IMG/VR virus record: IMGVR_UViG_3300008111_000002
Span: 145,837-209,836 of that record
Strand: one strand, 5' to 3'
DNA: 64,000 nucleotides
Translations under genes and position numbers: made by a program
Notes under the pieces: generated by a model
Database searches by the model: none
The model's input: the letters and a program-made list of their open reading frames with translations, nothing else
Told to the model about the DNA's origin: nothing
Shown here: in pieces, positions 56,973-64,000 of the stretch
How the letters are laid out: each line of letters opens with the position of its first letter
Numbering within the stretch: position 1 is the first letter of the stretch

Positions 56973-57623
56973 TCAAACTGCTGTCTTGTCAACGACAATC
57001 TTCACATAATTCAACTGTGTTGTATTGTCGCCACGCACGTTCTTGATCTTGCCCTTGATGGTATACTCACCGCCCACAGGCAGCTCTTTGTTGAACCAGA
57101 AGTCCACGAAGCTGTTGTTCATACGAGCGGTGATATGATATTTGTTGTAGTGAATGCTATAGCGTTGTTTGATTACCTGAATGTCACCCTCCACACGCTG
57201 ACCATCAGTGCCTGTTAGCTGATCGCTTTCACGGATCTGATCCATGAGCTGCTTGTTGGCATGATCCTTGAGCATGACGTAGGGGAGGCAGCTGACCACG
57301 CTGAGCTGATAGCTGTCTTTGGCCGAATCAAACTCCTCACGCTGAGTCAGCTTGAGCGCAGTGGTCTGAAAGTCGTTGATCTTGCCACTGAGCTGCAACA
57401 GAAGGTAACCAGTGAAGTGACGGCGAACTTCGCGGCCTTCAATGATATCATTCTCAGTTACGGGATTGGGTTCTTTGCCCATCAACCAGAACTTGACCAA
57501 GACCTTGTTGCAGCGAGTCTCGATCTTCTGAGTCTCAGTGTTGTAGACGTCGCTCTTGAAGTAGCCGCCGTTGATACGGTGTGCTGCAACTGCTGTACCC
57601 CAAACAAGATCTGCTGTTAGCAT
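56973..57623 (-). CDS. hypothetical protein, possible C-terminal OB fold
   Basis: C-terminal beta pattern ...YTIKGKIK...TTQLNYVKI. Confidence 0.5.
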   Translation of the reverse strand: MLTADLVWGTAVAAHRINGGYFKSDVYNTETQKIETRCNKVLVKFWLMGKEPNPVTENDIIEGREVRRHFTGYLLLQLSGKINDFQTTALKLTQREEFDSAKDSYQLSVVSCLPYVMLKDHANKQLMDQIRESDQLTGTDGQRVEGDIQVIKQRYSIHYNKYHITARMNNSFVDFWFNKELPVGGEYTIKGKIKNVRGDNTTQLNYVKIVVDKTAV

Positions 57624-57757
57624 TATCGCTCCTTGTGTCTAAGTATGTATATTATATGACCTCTTTTGGATTTTGTCAACCAAAAGAAAAGCCGCACTAG
57701 GCGGCTCAAAGAAATTCCCCGGGAGCGAATCGGATCTTTTACTTTGTGTAGTTCCTC

Positions 57758-58003
57758 TTAGGCGAACACGTTAGCGCGGCTACCAGTGATGTCACGAGCA
57801 GAAACGCTGTACTGAGCGCGGCCGTCTTTGTTCTTGTGCTTGCGAACAACAAGACCTGCTTGACGGAACTCAGTCATACGAGCGCGGAGATTCTTGATAC
57901 CGTAGGTGCTGTCAGCTTGCAAAGAGCTGAGGCTGTTACCTGTACCGCGGAGATGTGACTCCAAGAATTCCTTTTGAGTAGTTTTGATAGTTGTAAATGG
58001 CAT
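57758..58003 (-). CDS. small winged-HTH-like DNA-binding protein
   Basis: LESHLRGTG.SLS..QA...YGIKNLRARMTEFRQAGLVV. Confidence 0.55.
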   Translation of the reverse strand: MPFTTIKTTQKEFLESHLRGTGNSLSSLQADSTYGIKNLRARMTEFRQAGLVVRKHKNKDGRAQYSVSARDITGSRANVFA

Positions 58004-58095
58004 TTTAAGTTTCCTTTGTTAAATGGCTAACATTCGTTAGCGTCCTGTTATTATGCACTCTTGACCATCCCTGATCAAGAGTGCATTTTGCCAAT

Positions 58096-58284
58096 TTACT
58101 TCTTAACAGTAATATCTGAACGAATAAACATACCAATTACCAAAACAGCCAACCACGTCCAGAAGGTGAACGGAATGGCCAGAGTGGGGAACAGTGTGTT
58201 CAATGCCCAAATAACTGCCCAGGGGAACAGTACTATCAGAACCAATAGGGCAATAATAAACCCTGCGACACCAAGCTTGATCAT
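58096..58284 (-). CDS. small membrane protein
   Basis: Two hydrophobic helices, SD AAGGAG. Confidence 0.6.
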   Translation of the reverse strand: MIKLGVAGFIIALLVLIVLFPWAVIWALNTLFPTLAIPFTFWTWLAVLVIGMFIRSDITVKK

Positions 58285-58286
58285 AA

Positions 58287-59369
58287 TTAACTCCTTTTCA
58301 TAACAGTGACTTCTGCCATGCTCTTCCAATTAGTAGGAAAGCTCTTGCGCAGATCTGCACATTTTAGCACAGTTCTAAGGCTGAGTTCACGCAGACGATT
58401 CTTGTTCACGTGAATAAATTCTAGGATCTCGTCCTTGACACAGTCTTCAAACTCATAACTATCTAGCATTCCGTCCTGCGTGATCTGCTTGATCCTGAGC
58501 ACTTTCTCACGCTCAGTATCCATTTGGAGATCAATATAGTGACAGCGTGACTCTAGTGCCGCCAAGTGATCCTGAAGCTTCTTAGAGCGAACATTCTCAA
58601 ACTTGATGTTAGTGATAAAGATAGCGCCTGCTTTGAACTCAAACTTGTCCGGCACTCCCTCTGTGCGCAGTACACGGCTGTCAGTGTTCCACGAAATGGT
58701 TCGCTTACTGCCACTGTCCAAAGCCGCTTTGAGGATGTTCAAGCTCAAGTCATCTAGTAGCACTGAGTCGCAGTCATCAAACACCACGACATTGCCCTTC
58801 TCACTGTACTTGTAGAGCTTGCTATATAGACCCACTGCTGACATTGCGCCCTTGACAATCTCGTACTTGGGCTTGCGTTGTCCCATCATGTCAAACAGAT
58901 CGTCCTTGCTCAGTACTTCTTCAACACCAAACGATTTGCCTACACCCGGAGGGCCTGTAACAATCATTGCGCGAACTGTGCCTTCTTTCACGGCTTTGGT
59001 CATCTCTTTCAGTACATCAAAGCGACCCCGTAGGCGTTCAATGATCTGTTCATCAGTCTCGTGTGCAATCACTGCATCTGGAACTGAGTTCTGCACCAAG
59101 CTCATAACACCCTCTGGCTCTGTGCTCTTGACGGGTTCTGTAATAGCAGGCAGTTCACCCTCTACTACAGTATACGAACGTGGACCCTGGCAACGGATGC
59201 GGATATTACGCTCTGGGAATCCCTCACAGCTAGCACCGTTGACAGTAACATAGCCTGTGCCGTCACTGCCCACGCGAAACTGCTCTACCAATTCAAATCG
59301 CCGACCCGCAACTGAAGTGTCCTGTCCGCGGATTTTGTAAGTACCTTCTAGTATTTCAATAACAGCCAT
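58287..59369 (-). CDS. AAA+ ATPase with N-terminal extension
   Basis: TGPPGVGKS, VVFDDCD, LKAALD, FITN, ALESRC. Confidence 0.8.
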   Translation of the reverse strand: MAVIEILEGTYKIRGQDTSVAGRRFELVEQFRVGSDGTGYVTVNGASCEGFPERNIRIRCQGPRSYTVVEGELPAITEPVKSTEPEGVMSLVQNSVPDAVIAHETDEQIIERLRGRFDVLKEMTKAVKEGTVRAMIVTGPPGVGKSFGVEEVLSKDDLFDMMGQRKPKYEIVKGAMSAVGLYSKLYKYSEKGNVVVFDDCDSVLLDDLSLNILKAALDSGSKRTISWNTDSRVLRTEGVPDKFEFKAGAIFITNIKFENVRSKKLQDHLAALESRCHYIDLQMDTEREKVLRIKQITQDGMLDSYEFEDCVKDEILEFIHVNKNRLRELSLRTVLKCADLRKSFPTNWKSMAEVTVMKRS

Positions 59370-59435
59370 GCTCGCTCTCCTGTGTGTGTAAAGTCATTAT
59401 TATAGGGCCACTAGGGCCCTATGTCAACCAAAACC

Positions 59436-59903
59436 TTACCAGCTGCTACAGTATTCAAAATCCCAAGCTTCTGGCAGTTCCAAACAGTCGTTGACAATTT
59501 GGACTGTGGTCTCTAGATCATCGTAGTAGTATTGATCGTAGTCAGTGCTGCCAAAGAAGAATCCGCTGGCTGAGGGCAACAGAGTTGCTGCACGATCTCT
59601 GTTGGCCAGTACTTCTTCACAGAGCTGCTTGAGCTTGATCAACTGCTCCCTGCTGACGTAGTGAGGCTTACATTCGTCCTCGCCCCCCTGCACGTTGTCA
59701 ACGAACCATTGATGAATAGCATTGGCCTTGCGCCAGTAGCCGGCCTCAATGCGTACTTCTTTGACGCAGCTGTCTGCACCCGATCGATCCCGGCCCTTGA
59801 GTTCTGGGAACTGCTCTTGAATAGCTTCTGCACGTTCCTTGTCTGCTTCATCCATGTAACCGCTGATGTAGCGTTTACCGCTGAGATACATGTCTAAACC
59901 CAT
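59436..59903 (-). CDS. conserved-looking phage hypothetical protein
   Basis: MGLDMYL, GYWRKANAIH.WF, GFFFGSTDYD..YY. Confidence 0.7.
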   Translation of the reverse strand: MGLDMYLSGKRYISGYMDEADKERAEAIQEQFPELKGRDRSGADSCVKEVRIEAGYWRKANAIHQWFVDNVQGGEDECKPHYVSREQLIKLKQLCEEVLANRDRAATLLPSASGFFFGSTDYDQYYYDDLETTVQIVNDCLELPEAWDFEYCSSW

Positions 59904-59946
59904 GATTCGCTCCTAAGTAGTTTAAAGGAAGTACTAGTATACGATC

Positions 59947-60438
59947 TCAGCTGCCCGTTGTCAATCGGAGAACGCCTGGGCGGCCCTTGACCGGTTCAAA
60001 ACCTTCAATAAACATGTGATGAAGGTCGCCTGAATTTGTGATCAGATTGTTGGCCAACATGTACATGGTTCCCCAGGTACGACCCTGCAGTTCAGCTTCC
60101 ACAGGCTCAGGGCCCCAATGACCGTCATAGATCACAGTGTGATAGTCTTGATAGGGATGCTCTTGGTAGAGATCATCAACTTCGTAGATGCTCCAAACTG
60201 AGCCCAAATCAAATTCAACAGCAAACGAACGATAGTTCTCGTACTTGCGATCAAATGCTTCAGTGTCCTGATCATAGGCATGCTTTAGCCCCTGTTCAAA
60301 ACCCCTGATCACAGCCTGCAGCTGATCAGCGAGATTATTGTTGATCACTCCCGTGAGCTTTTGCTGCACTGTGCGCAGCTGGCAGAGAGTGTTGTGTACC
60401 GTGGTAAAGTCTTCGCCCTTGAGTGTAACAGTTTGCAT
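59947..60438 (-). CDS. hypothetical protein
   Basis: 163 aa. Confidence 0.6.
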   Translation of the reverse strand: MQTVTLKGEDFTTVHNTLCQLRTVQQKLTGVINNNLADQLQAVIRGFEQGLKHAYDQDTEAFDRKYENYRSFAVEFDLGSVWSIYEVDDLYQEHPYQDYHTVIYDGHWGPEPVEAELQGRTWGTMYMLANNLITNSGDLHHMFIEGFEPVKGRPGVLRLTTGS

Positions 60439-60439
60439 A

Positions 60440-60814
60440 TTAGACCTCTACAGTGTGTGAATGACGCAGCGACAGCATGAACAGACGTTGGCTTAACTGT
60501 GCTGCTGCCTGTTTGGCCTGCTGTAGCGCAGTACCGATTATATCCTCAGCTGTGCCATCTGTCAATACCTCGCGGGCATCACCATAGCAACAGCCACCTA
60601 GATACTCTGAGGCCAGCTCGTGATCATCTATCAGTACACGAACACGCAGCATGAACCAGTCATAGTAGCCCGTGTCAATCTGCTCACAGAGCTGACTGAT
60701 ATCAGTAACTGAGTCATCGAAACAGTCCCGAGGATGCATGTCTTCCCAGGTCTTGTCCACTATGATGTCAAAGCCATCCCGCTCCATGCGGGCCAATTGA
60801 TCAAAATGTCGCAT
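60440..60814 (-). CDS. hypothetical protein
   Basis: MRHFDQL..., EYLGGC.Y. Confidence 0.6.
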   Translation of the reverse strand: MRHFDQLARMERDGFDIIVDKTWEDMHPRDCFDDSVTDISQLCEQIDTGYYDWFMLRVRVLIDDHELASEYLGGCCYGDAREVLTDGTAEDIIGTALQQAKQAAAQLSQRLFMLSLRHSHTVEV

Positions 60815-61058
60815 ACAGTTCCACCTTTGGATCAAGCTTGAACAATTCGCCCTCAGCACCCTTTAACAGTGTGTAGCGGCGCTGTACTTCAGATCTGCTG
60901 AGTTCACCATCGCAGGTAAGATTCTCGGGACTCAGTGCTGCTGCAATGTGATCAGCAACACGTTGACGATCTTCAAAGGTCTCTAAGGTTAACAATTGCT
61001 GCTGGAAGATCTCGCGGAAGCGATTCTCCTGAGCCAAGTACTTGTTGAGGTATTTCAC
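60801..61058 (-). CDS. hypothetical protein
   Basis: GTG start after GGAGCGAAC; LSPENLTCDGELS. Confidence 0.6.
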   Translation of the reverse strand: MKYLNKYLAQENRFREIFQQQLLTLETFEDRQRVADHIAAALSPENLTCDGELSRSEVQRRYTLLKGAEGELFKLDPKVELYATF

Positions 61059-61134
61059 AGTTCGCTCCTGTAAACACTGCACATCGCAGTCTTAACAGTA
61101 TACGATCACAGATCCAAACTGTCAACCACAAAAA

Positions 61135-61156
61135 AACCCTACTGTACAGTAGGGTT
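61135..61156. terminator. perfect 22-bp palindrome/terminator
   Basis: AACCCTACTGTACAGTAGGGTT with poly-A on the left. Confidence 0.7.
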
Positions 61157-61167
61157 ATTCAAGCCCA

Positions 61168-61479
61168 TCAGCCGCGATCTATTTCAAGGTCGGGTTCATC
61201 GTCTAGGATCTTGTAGTCTGAAACGCGATCCCAGCGGAAACTGCGCCACTCGCCTTTGTCTAGATCCCACACGGGCTGCACATCAGGATTGGGTTCTTTG
61301 ATGCCTCGAGGATGCTGCGATCCTGGCACGTAGTCCAAATTTGTAGTGCCGCGCAGCACACGTTGCGACCCATCTGCTTTGGTAAACGTTACAGCAACTT
61401 CTCCAGCAGCCAATGCACGTCTAACCTGATCTTTAAATTCAGCTGCTTCTGCTAGCTGCATGTCTTCTACTACTCGCAT
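61168..61479 (-). CDS. WYL_2-like (Sm/SH3-fold) protein
   Basis: VTFTKADGSQR.LRGT, VWDLDKGEWRSFRWDRV. Confidence 0.75.
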   Translation of the reverse strand: MRVVEDMQLAEAAEFKDQVRRALAAGEVAVTFTKADGSQRVLRGTTNLDYVPGSQHPRGIKEPNPDVQPVWDLDKGEWRSFRWDRVSDYKILDDEPDLEIDRG

Positions 61480-61508
61480 AGTTATTCTCCAATTATATAT
61501 TTAACTGT

Positions 61509-61595
61509 TGGTGCCCGGAGCCGGAATCGAACCGGCACGCTGTCGCCAGCGAGAGATTTTAAGTCTCTTGTGTCTACCTATTTCACCATCCGGGC
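61509..61595 (-). tRNA. tRNA-Leu (anticodon UAA)
   Basis: GCCCGGATGGTGAAATAGGTAGACAC...AGAGA-CT-TAA-AA-TCTCT, long variable arm, GGTTCGATTCC, 3' CCA. Confidence 0.95.
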
Positions 61596-61598
61596 ATT

Positions 61599-61675
61599 TG
61601 GTGGGCCCCCCGGGACTTGAACCCGGACTCAACGGATTATGAGTCCGCTGCTTTAACCAATTAAGCTAAAGGCCC
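61599..61675 (-). tRNA. tRNA with CAU anticodon, probably Ile2 (lysidine type)
   Basis: GGGCCTTTAGC...GCGGA-CT-CAT-AA-TCCGT...GGTTCAAGTCC...CCA; no initiator C1:A72 or GGG:CCC stem; C4 and overall resemblance to Ile2. Confidence 0.85.
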
Positions 61676-61687
61676 TCAACAGCAGCA

Positions 61688-61716
61688 ACTATACAGTGTT
61701 AAAGGTCTTTTGTCAA
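61688..61716 (-). promoter_or_regulatory. sigma70 promoter for the tRNA pair
   Basis: TTGACA-17 bp-TATAGT. Confidence 0.75.
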
Positions 61717-61971
61717 TGGATTATTTGAGTCGTTCGCTCGGTCTTTGCTCACGACAAATTCTACGAATGTATCTAGACGATGCGCAACGATGTCAGGTGC
61801 AGCACGACATAAACAATCCAGATCAAAATCAGTGGGATAGTGACGCAGCAGTGCAGCAGCTTGTGTACGTATGATCTTGGGCACACCAGGTGTATTAATG
61901 CCCGCAGCTAGATCACTGAGAAATCGTCGCGATTCACGTATAGCACGATAGCGTTCGTCAGGTAATGTCAT
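61699..61971 (-). CDS. BPSL0761-like protein
   Basis: MTLPDERYRA......FL..L....TP.VPK.IR..A..LLRHYP. Confidence 0.65.
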   Translation of the reverse strand: MTLPDERYRAIRESRRFLSDLAAGINTPGVPKIIRTQAAALLRHYPTDFDLDCLCRAAPDIVAHRLDTFVEFVVSKDRANDSNNPLTKDL

Positions 61972-61977
61972 ATATGT

Positions 61978-62157
61978 TTATGTTGATAGGTATGTAGCAG
62001 CGGGGCCTTTGCGTGGCTTGATGTCATTGTCTCGTTCCCAGTGTATTTCTTCACGTAGTTGACCGTAGAAGTCACTGAGAGCCTGCAGGTATCCCACGTT
62101 ATAGCTCAGTATATTAGTAGCTATGAACACTAGTGTAATTAGAATTTTAGTTAACAC
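61978..62157 (-). CDS. 59-aa N-terminally hydrophobic protein
   Basis: GTG start, MLTKILITLVFIATNILSY...; TTGACA-18-TATAAT at 62186-62215. Confidence 0.45.
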   Translation of the reverse strand: MLTKILITLVFIATNILSYNVGYLQALSDFYGQLREEIHWERDNDIKPRKGPAATYLST

Positions 62158-62457
62158 GGTGGGATCCTAAGGTAGAGATACTGTTATTATATACGCATAT
62201 TTATGTGTGTGTCAATATTATGAATAGATATCTACATATATGTGTAGTATATACACAACACAGCAGCGGGGCCAGTTGACAGTGTGCGTATACTGTGTTA
62301 AACCCCCCTGAGTTGTGACTCTACGTTAAGAAATAGTCCAGGGAACCGTGGGAAAAAATAGGTCTTATGGTCCGTTATAGTGGGGTCCCTACTGTGAATT
62401 TTAGGCTATTTACAGCGTGTATAATGGTGGAGTGAGGGGTATACAAAAAATGGTCCC

Positions 62458-62507
62458 CTCTATAATTCTCTATAATTCTCTATAATTCTCTATAGTTCGC
62501 TATAATT
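62458..62507 (+). repeat. tandem 10-bp repeat, 5 copies
   Basis: CTCTATAATT x3, CTCTATAGTT, CGCTATAATT. Confidence 0.9.
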
Positions 62508-62810
62508 GTCTACTGTGCGTATACAGTTATAACTGTTGCAGCGGGGCCTAAGCAGAGTTCGTAGAACGAGCCTCCTATCGTCTTGGTTGATCTTGACAGT
62601 GTTTGTGCTGTTCTGCATTAGGTTTCTTGCACAGTTCTCGTATCTGTTGTTCTAACCTAATTCTCTTTGGTTCGTGTACAGTGTGATACATTACTATGTG
62701 TGCTGTAAAGTACATGACTGTGAATACCACAAGTGTTATAGTGTATTGATTCATATATTGCAGCGGGGCCTATACATGTTTTGGGTTTTATACTGGTTAG
62801 TGTTAACACT

Positions 62811-62839
62811 ATTATAACAGTTAACCAGTACTAGGTCAA
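62811..62839 (-). promoter_or_regulatory. sigma70 promoter firing into the ORF-poor repeat region
   Basis: TTGACC-17 bp-TATAAT, with the -10 flanked by ACTGGTTA/TAACCAGT. Confidence 0.65.
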
Positions 62840-62847
62840 TCAGTGAA

Positions 62848-63066
62848 TTATTTTGGTGTATAGCTGCCGTTGTGTGTGCTGTCGTAGTATTTGACATATA
62901 CACAGCGAGGACTTACTCTATATTGATCTATGTACCATGTGTGTTTAACGCGATCTCGCTCTCTAGTGCAGGCTTCATAGGATGAAAATGGTGCTTGTAT
63001 AACACCTTTGCTCTGTACTTGTCCCAGGGGTTCGTGTACATATAAGCTGATCAGTAGTACCCACAT
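62848..63066 (-). CDS. small secreted-like hypothetical protein
   Basis: MWVLLISL..., two Cys (ACT, RCV). Confidence 0.5.
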   Translation of the reverse strand: MWVLLISLYVHEPLGQVQSKGVIQAPFSSYEACTRERDRVKHTWYIDQYRVSPRCVYVKYYDSTHNGSYTPK

Positions 63067-63204
63067 CAGTATGTGCCCTCCAGTTGTTCCAGCCAGGTGA
63101 TCAGTGCTGCTGCTATTAATGCTAGGGGGATCACGAACTCTGCTTGATCAGTACGCATGGCCACAACCATCAACACTGCAAAGTATGACACTATCTGCCA
63201 CATG

Positions 63205-63423
63205 TTACTTTACTCCTTTCTTTCGATTTTTTTCTTCTATGCCTGACTGTATCATCTTCTTAAACAGCAGGACCACACGCTGTCGTTCCTTGTCTGCTAG
63301 GATCTGTATCAGCATCTGTTTCTCTTCGTAGCTGTTGGCGCCGTCAAGGAAGCCTTCGGGTACTGTGGGTTTGGGTTTTTTGGGCTTTAACTTGTTGAGT
63401 TTTTTTTGGAGATCTTCATCCAT
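63205..63423 (-). CDS. small basic hypothetical protein
   Basis: MDEDLQKKL... Confidence 0.55.
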   Translation of the reverse strand: MDEDLQKKLNKLKPKKPKPTVPEGFLDGANSYEEKQMLIQILADKERQRVVLLFKKMIQSGIEEKNRKKGVK

Positions 63424-63525
63424 GATTAACCTAAATCTCCTAGGGTTTCCAGCCAGTATATGGCCAGAGCTGTCAGTGCTGCCGTAGACCAAATCACTGT
63501 CTGTACAGCCCAAAACTGTGGCCAA

Positions 63526-63756
63526 CTATTCACTGCTCTTGTTGGGCAAGAACTCTGGGGTTGTTACGTCTATTTCAGTACGGGGCCATTCGTGTGCATA
63601 GTCTGTGATACGGTGCAGATCACGACTGCTGTTTGCTGGCTCCCGCAAGGGTATCAGCGTGTTGCGTACCTGCCCATTTTGAGTCTGCTGTATCTGTAGA
63701 TTCTTTCTAGTTGAGTCTAGACTGACACGCTGTTTGATAGTAATTGGACTGGCCAT
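63526..63756 (-). CDS. hypothetical protein
   Basis: TAAATA and GGGG SD upstream. Confidence 0.5.
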   Translation of the reverse strand: MASPITIKQRVSLDSTRKNLQIQQTQNGQVRNTLIPLREPANSSRDLHRITDYAHEWPRTEIDVTTPEFLPNKSSE

Positions 63757-63762
63757 GGTAAT

Positions 63763-63999
63763 TTACCCCTTTTGGGTATTTATCATAAACTTGGCTGCTT
63801 CTGCGTCCACTACACGCTGCCTTAATTCTGTGGTGCTGAACGTGTGATCTCTGCGGTTGTAGTAAAATTGGATATTGCGATCCATGCAGATTTTGCGTCC
63901 CGTGAACTCGCTATGCTCGTACTCTTGTCCCAGAATACGTATGTCTATGTCCGTGCTGAGTAGGATGTCTTCTAGTTCTCGCTCTGTGGCATAGGGTAT
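63763..63999 (-). CDS. TagD-like cytidylyltransferase, C-terminal part (5' end outside the window)
   Basis: IPYATERELEDIL...DIRILGQEY...FTGR.IC...YNRRDH.FSTTELR. Confidence 0.8.
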   Translation of the reverse strand: MPYATERELEDILLSTDIDIRILGQEYEHSEFTGRKICMDRNIQFYYNRRDHTFSTTELRQRVVDAEAAKFMINTQKG

Positions 64000-64000
64000 G

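Larger units (their letters stand above)
43760..62839 (-). repeat. dispersed array of more than 25 related sigma70 early-promoter cassettes
   Basis: + strand reads (A/C)TGTCAACCAA(AA) = minus TTGGTTGACA, with a TAnnnT -10 at 17-18 bp; -35 boxes e.g. 43806, 48221, 49293, 50155, 50542, 50830, 51457, 61711, 62210. Confidence 0.9.

Noticed and set aside
61599-61675. CAU tRNA as initiator Met
   Set aside because: Has G1 paired and lacks the three consecutive G:C anticodon-stem pairs; elongator Met cannot be fully excluded
43760-61720. Regularly recurring repeat read as a CRISPR array
   Set aside because: Intervals are hundreds of bp and contain genes with RBSs; the repeat is a sigma70 promoter; no cas genes seen
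661-63699. Many antisense or alternate-frame ORFs in the track (e.g. 661-1095, 3110-3523, 17566-18039, 55008-55517, 56367-56732, 57261-57620)
   Set aside because: They shadow well-supported genes, lack RBSs and show no recognisable motifs

Overview
The window is part of a large T4-like tailed (myovirus) phage genome; the host is probably a sigma70-type Proteobacterium, which is an inference. It has two halves. The left half (1 to about 42.3 kb) is AT-rich and mostly + strand. It carries neck, tail sheath, tail tube, head-completion and terminase genes, the gp32-UvsX-UvsY and UvsW recombination/replication genes, primase and helicase. A roughly 10.5 kb glycosylation island sits between uvsY and uvsW. 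The same half also holds a 192-aa thumbless family-C polymerase core, a carbamoyltransferase between primase and helicase, and proteins with capsid-targeting-like N-termini. Many genes here are preceded by a TAAATA late-promoter-like motif. The right half (about 43.4 to 64 kb) is GC-richer and almost entirely minus strand. It is an array of short early-type genes, each unit with a near-consensus sigma70 promoter (more than 25 copies), often with a terminator, palindromes and a conserved leader hairpin. It also contains a MoxR-vWA pair, two tRNAs and an ORF-poor, repeat-rich segment near 62.2-62.8 kb. The most striking observation is an 839-nt stretch (50441-51279) with no GA or GG dinucleotide on the template (+) strand. 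Its two complete genes therefore have no Pro and use only AGY serines. All counts were made by eye; no database searches were run.
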